From: Raillietiella orientalis
Taxonomy: Eukaryota
Length of the DNA: 64,000 bases
Reading direction: 5' to 3'
NCBI GenBank assembly: GCA_036172245.1
Contig: JAYWIR010000034.1
Span: forward strand, 2,232,001-2,296,000
The notes under the pieces were generated by a model that was not told where the DNA came from, ran no database searches, and saw only the letters and a program-made list of their open reading frames with translations. Shown here piece after piece: positions 60,000 through 64,000 of the stretch (the first letter of the stretch is position 1; every line of letters begins with the position of its first letter). The position numbers and the translations under genes were made by a program.

Positions 60000-62900
60000 G
60001 ATTCAGTCCCCATCTCGCAAGTGTCCAGTAGGTGCTCGCCTATCCTGGTTCTCGGATGGCTTCCGCTGGGAATAGGAGAGAAGAAAACTTTAAACGGAGT
60101 AATGATGCAGCTTCCTTTCTCCCGACAGTAAAAATGATTGAAAGAACAGTCTCAAAGGAATCTAAGAAGCTCAAGTGCTCTTGAGAAACCAACGGTGTGG
60201 ATGCTAGCAATCTCTTGTGATAGGAAAATGAACTTTACTTTAGAGGTTAGGCTGAAGGATCCGAAAAAGTGTTAGTGACGTTTGAGGTTGAATTTCTGCT
60301 GGATCGCTTCAAAAAGGAAAAGGAACGACGAAATCGAAAATGTTCAAAAAACACTACTCCATTTGCGAAGCAGTAAGGAAGAGTTCTATCTCTGATCTTT
60401 GTGGATGAAAATCATTGCTGGAGTCAGCAATCCATTTGAACAGGAAGACATTTCGACTCTCGGCTTTATTTCGGGTGGGGACTTAGGAATCCCCCTTTTC
60501 TGTGGCTTTCGGGGTCGGAAGCAGATGCATCAGTCGAGCAAACTGGTTCGTGACATTCGCTGGGCATTCGTGAGTTCCTGGATGGCACCATCAAAGTCAC
60601 AGTGTCTGTCGAATGCTCAAGAAATTCTTAAGAGAGCTCATTCTCGCAAAGACACATCGCCCGCTGTGAAGAATTCAAGATGGCATCTTTATCTGTCTGC
60701 ACTGAAATACTGGATGAACTCCCTGCGTCGGTTCTCAAGTATTCTTGCAAGGAAACAAAAGCAGCCTCCGAAGAGCGGAAACGAAACCGTGATGAAGTAA
60801 TGAGAGATGGAAGGCCGGCATCACTGGTGCCTAAAACGAATTATCTAAAACGAATTCACGGACAGCATGCAAGAAGTGAACCACACCTACTTTTCCCAAC
60901 GCCAGCTTCTTGACTCCCAAAACTGGTGTTCCTCTGGAACCTTCAGAAGAATCGAGGGATTGACAACGATGAAACAGCGCTAACGATCGGTTGTGGTTTC
61001 AAGGTAGAAAGTCTTGTTCAAAGAGGGAGTTGAGAAGCGCCAAAGTGTAGGGTGGAGACGACTTTATTCGCGAGCGAGGTGTTCCTTTGGCTCAAAACTT
61101 TGCTCAGCTTTTTTTCCTTCTGTGCATGAAATACGAAGTTAACTCAAAATGAGAACAGGGAGAACGAGCAGCGATCAGATGACTGGATCTACTTGAAGGT
61201 ACATCACCAGTCTCAAATGGAAGTTTCAGCGACTCCTACAAATAATTCCAGCCTTTTTTCGCACAAATGTGGAAAGACATATCCCCCCCCCCCCCTGAAA
61301 TGAAAGATATGAATAAGCTGCTATGAAGAAGTGATTTGAGGAATAAGAACGGAACGTCGAACAGGAGAGCGCCCTTTGCACTGCGTAGAAGACAACGAAG
61401 GAACTTCCATTGCATTGAGAATTTTGAGATTGCGAACAAATGATGCAAAAGAAGATTCAGCTGAGGGATGGATAGTTGCGAAAACTACGTATGCAAAGTG
61501 CATCGTAAATGTTTATCTGTCAGCATTTCCAAGGAGCTCAAAAGTGTTCGTTACCAGCTGTCAGCATCCCTTATTCACATGGGGTCACTGCTGTCAAGCT
61601 CTCAGCGACAAGCAGATGGAGAGAATCATAGTCACCGGTACCCTTTATCTGAAAGAGGGAAATGGACGGATTTGGATTTCGGAGAATTCAATTTTAAATA
61701 CACTTAATCATTCCGTCATGATCATGGGAATTCATCTTTGCAGTCCTGTATCCCAGTCCACGAGTGAAGAATCGTCCCTAATATTCGCGCACATCGATGA
61801 ACCATCGTGTCTGTACATCATAAAGGTCCCAGAGTTGAGCCTCTTTGGTTTCAAGTTTATCACTGTTTTCTGATTGAAAGTCCATCCCACTAAGAGACTC
61901 ATCTGCCAGCAGATACTCTTCGCATACGTAATGCTCATTTGCAGCTGGAAAAAAAAAAAAAAAAAATAACAATTTTGCCGACTGAAGAAGGAAGCAGTCT
62001 CCTCTGAAGACGAATTCTTTCAGAAGCAGGGATTCAGCTAGCACTAATTAATTATCAGAGGATAATTTTCGACCAACACGAAAGTGTGGCCCGTTGTCCC
62101 TTGAGTTGACCTGGAGAGGTGGTTTTCTTTGATTCTGCCACTTGTCGTATGGTCGTATCAATCACGAATCGGAACTATGCAAAGCGTCCGTGGATAGAAT
62201 GTTGGACGAAAATCTTGATTTGCTGGAGGCAGTCGCGGAAGTCTTTCCAGGAGGACTGATACATGCATTCTTCGGTGCGCTCATACAAATTACCCGTTCT
62301 CACGGTTCGCAGCAGTTTTCGACGCGTGGATCCACAGCTACACGGATGCGTAGCATTCCGGCAGCTCTCGGAGGTTTTTCGGGGGGTGAGCCATCATCAA
62401 CACAGCGCAAGACAAGAAAAAGGGAGTTTAGCAGCCTCCACTCCGAAATGAAACCGGTTTCCGTCGTTACGACTCCTCCTGTCAAGTCATGCACCGGAAC
62501 TCCTCAATTTCGGCTTTCTGGACCCCCTTGCATTTTCCAATCTCGTCTAAGCTTAGCAATCACAGCCGGATTTGCATGCAGATAGCAAGAATTCCGCCAA
62601 GGCGAAGTTAAATTAAAACAGTCCCAGCATCAGTGCGAGGAAATTGTTTTCCCTGTTTCCGCTCGAGAACCCGTCCTTGTTTTGTAGTCCACGTTCCAGA
62701 TCGCTTCCCAGAGCCGGGCGGGAAGTCGAATCGAAGGGTTTCCCACAGGTAACGCTCATTATTCCACCTACGGAGATGAGGAGGGGTCTTCTCCCTCAGA
62801 GAGCGACGCTCTTCCCGAAGACTTCTTCCCACCTACGCACGCGCGGCCCTTTTCCTCATTTCCTTTGCCGTTTAATTTGCGATGCGGTTAAGCCGTCTCA

Positions 62901-63400
62901 TACGCGCATGTTGATCTACACATGGTGATTCCATAAACTGTAAGCGTCGTGAAGTAGGAGGTGGGCTGCTCGAGAAGTGCGGTTGAGAGGAAAGATAGTC
63001 AACAAGCATTTTAACGAGGACAAGAAGTGGATGGCGCACTGTCATCAAGTAAATGAACGGCGTAGAGCAAGCAACAGGCGGATGAAAAAAATTCCTCATC
63101 AGGAAGTGAAACGAGTAACCAAACCTATGAATTACGTAAGCAAAGGGTTGTTGAATTCGCGTGGGAGAACTTGGAAATGATGTGCCCCTCAGGTTCTGCA
63201 GCAGAAGCGGAGGAAGGGTCAGTTTTGGCAGCTTGTTGCTTGGCCGCTCGGGAAAGAAAGCCACTCATCGCCCGTGCTTCAGCAAGAGCCACGCAAAATA
63301 CCTCTCAGATATCCCAGAGGTTGCGAGGGAAACGCGATGTGTCCGAAGGAGCTTCCACGCTTTTCCAAGTTTGTGACACGAAGCTTGAAGCTCACTTCCG
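60000..63400 (+). mobile_element. Old decayed LINE ORF2
   Basis: ISGGDLG and RWHLYLSAL (ORF 60399..60800), DLDFGEF (~61670), SIPAALGGF (ORF 62142..62585), zf-like ~63180-63240. Confidence 0.5.
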
Positions 63401-64000
63401 GGTGGTTCGGTGCATCAGAATGACAGAGTTTAGAAAGAGGTATCGACAGCAACATTTCCAGCTTTACCGATCACTTCTGTGATGCGATGGGGAACACTGT
63501 TCATCCGTTCTCTTATCTTTTTGAAATTCCCGTTCCTCTCTCCTATGAAAGTGCTTGAGAGCATTTTTTGTGTACTGTTGTTAGGGGCGTTTCTTTTAGG
63601 TGTGTTGGAAGATTTCGTTGCCTCCACCGATCAATCAGAAGAGAAAACAAATCCCAAACGAAATGAAAAGTAACGAAATATCTCAAGGATCGCGTCATCT
63701 GGCATCAAGTGGTCCCAAATAGCCGTCATAGAGCTGTCTCCCCAAAGGGTAGCCAGAGACAGCAGCCCACCGGCCGATAGGAGTTTTTCTACAGCGTTGC
63801 AGGAGCGACCAAACACCTGGGAGGCTGGAAGTCGAGAGAGCTGGCGGACACCGGCACTTCTCGTTCCAAGCCGAAGGAATCTTCCTCTGAAGATCTCGTA
63901 GTTCCTTTCCTGTGTGTGGACACTTCGGTGTTTTCCACAAAGTGCACTGCTGTTTCTTCACTGGAGCCATCAGTGCAATTCGCAAAGACATCTTGCTTCA

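Overview
Gene-poor eukaryotic repeat region, probably from a protist (species not identifiable from the sequence alone). I found no intact host gene, rRNA, functional tRNA or CRISPR array. Most of the 64 kb is a stack of decayed, nested retroelements. About 20 are L1/Tx1-like non-LTR (LINE) remnants, recognised by eye from frameshifted APE-endonuclease, RT, GGLG and C-terminal zinc-finger motifs. There is also one DIRS-like tyrosine-recombinase retrotransposon, a Ty3/Gypsy integrase remnant, and a probable LTR+PBS+gag start. Two non-coding signals recur and together suggest a coherent system. (1) A ~1 kb tRNA-headed module (Pol III A/B boxes, many hairpins, an internal array of double-UUCG hairpin units) occurs in 6 copies; three run directly into same-strand LINE sequence and two pairs face inward as inverted repeats. 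(2) A fixed-length 30-nt 3' terminal motif (AATAAA-CG-Y-CCCGG-N5-CCGGG-TG-RTAA, no poly-A tail) occurs in about 11 copies ending different LINE subfamilies; a perfect 17-bp target-site duplication fixes its 3' end. Protein assignments are motif-level readings of degenerate sequence, and element boundaries are approximate unless stated.
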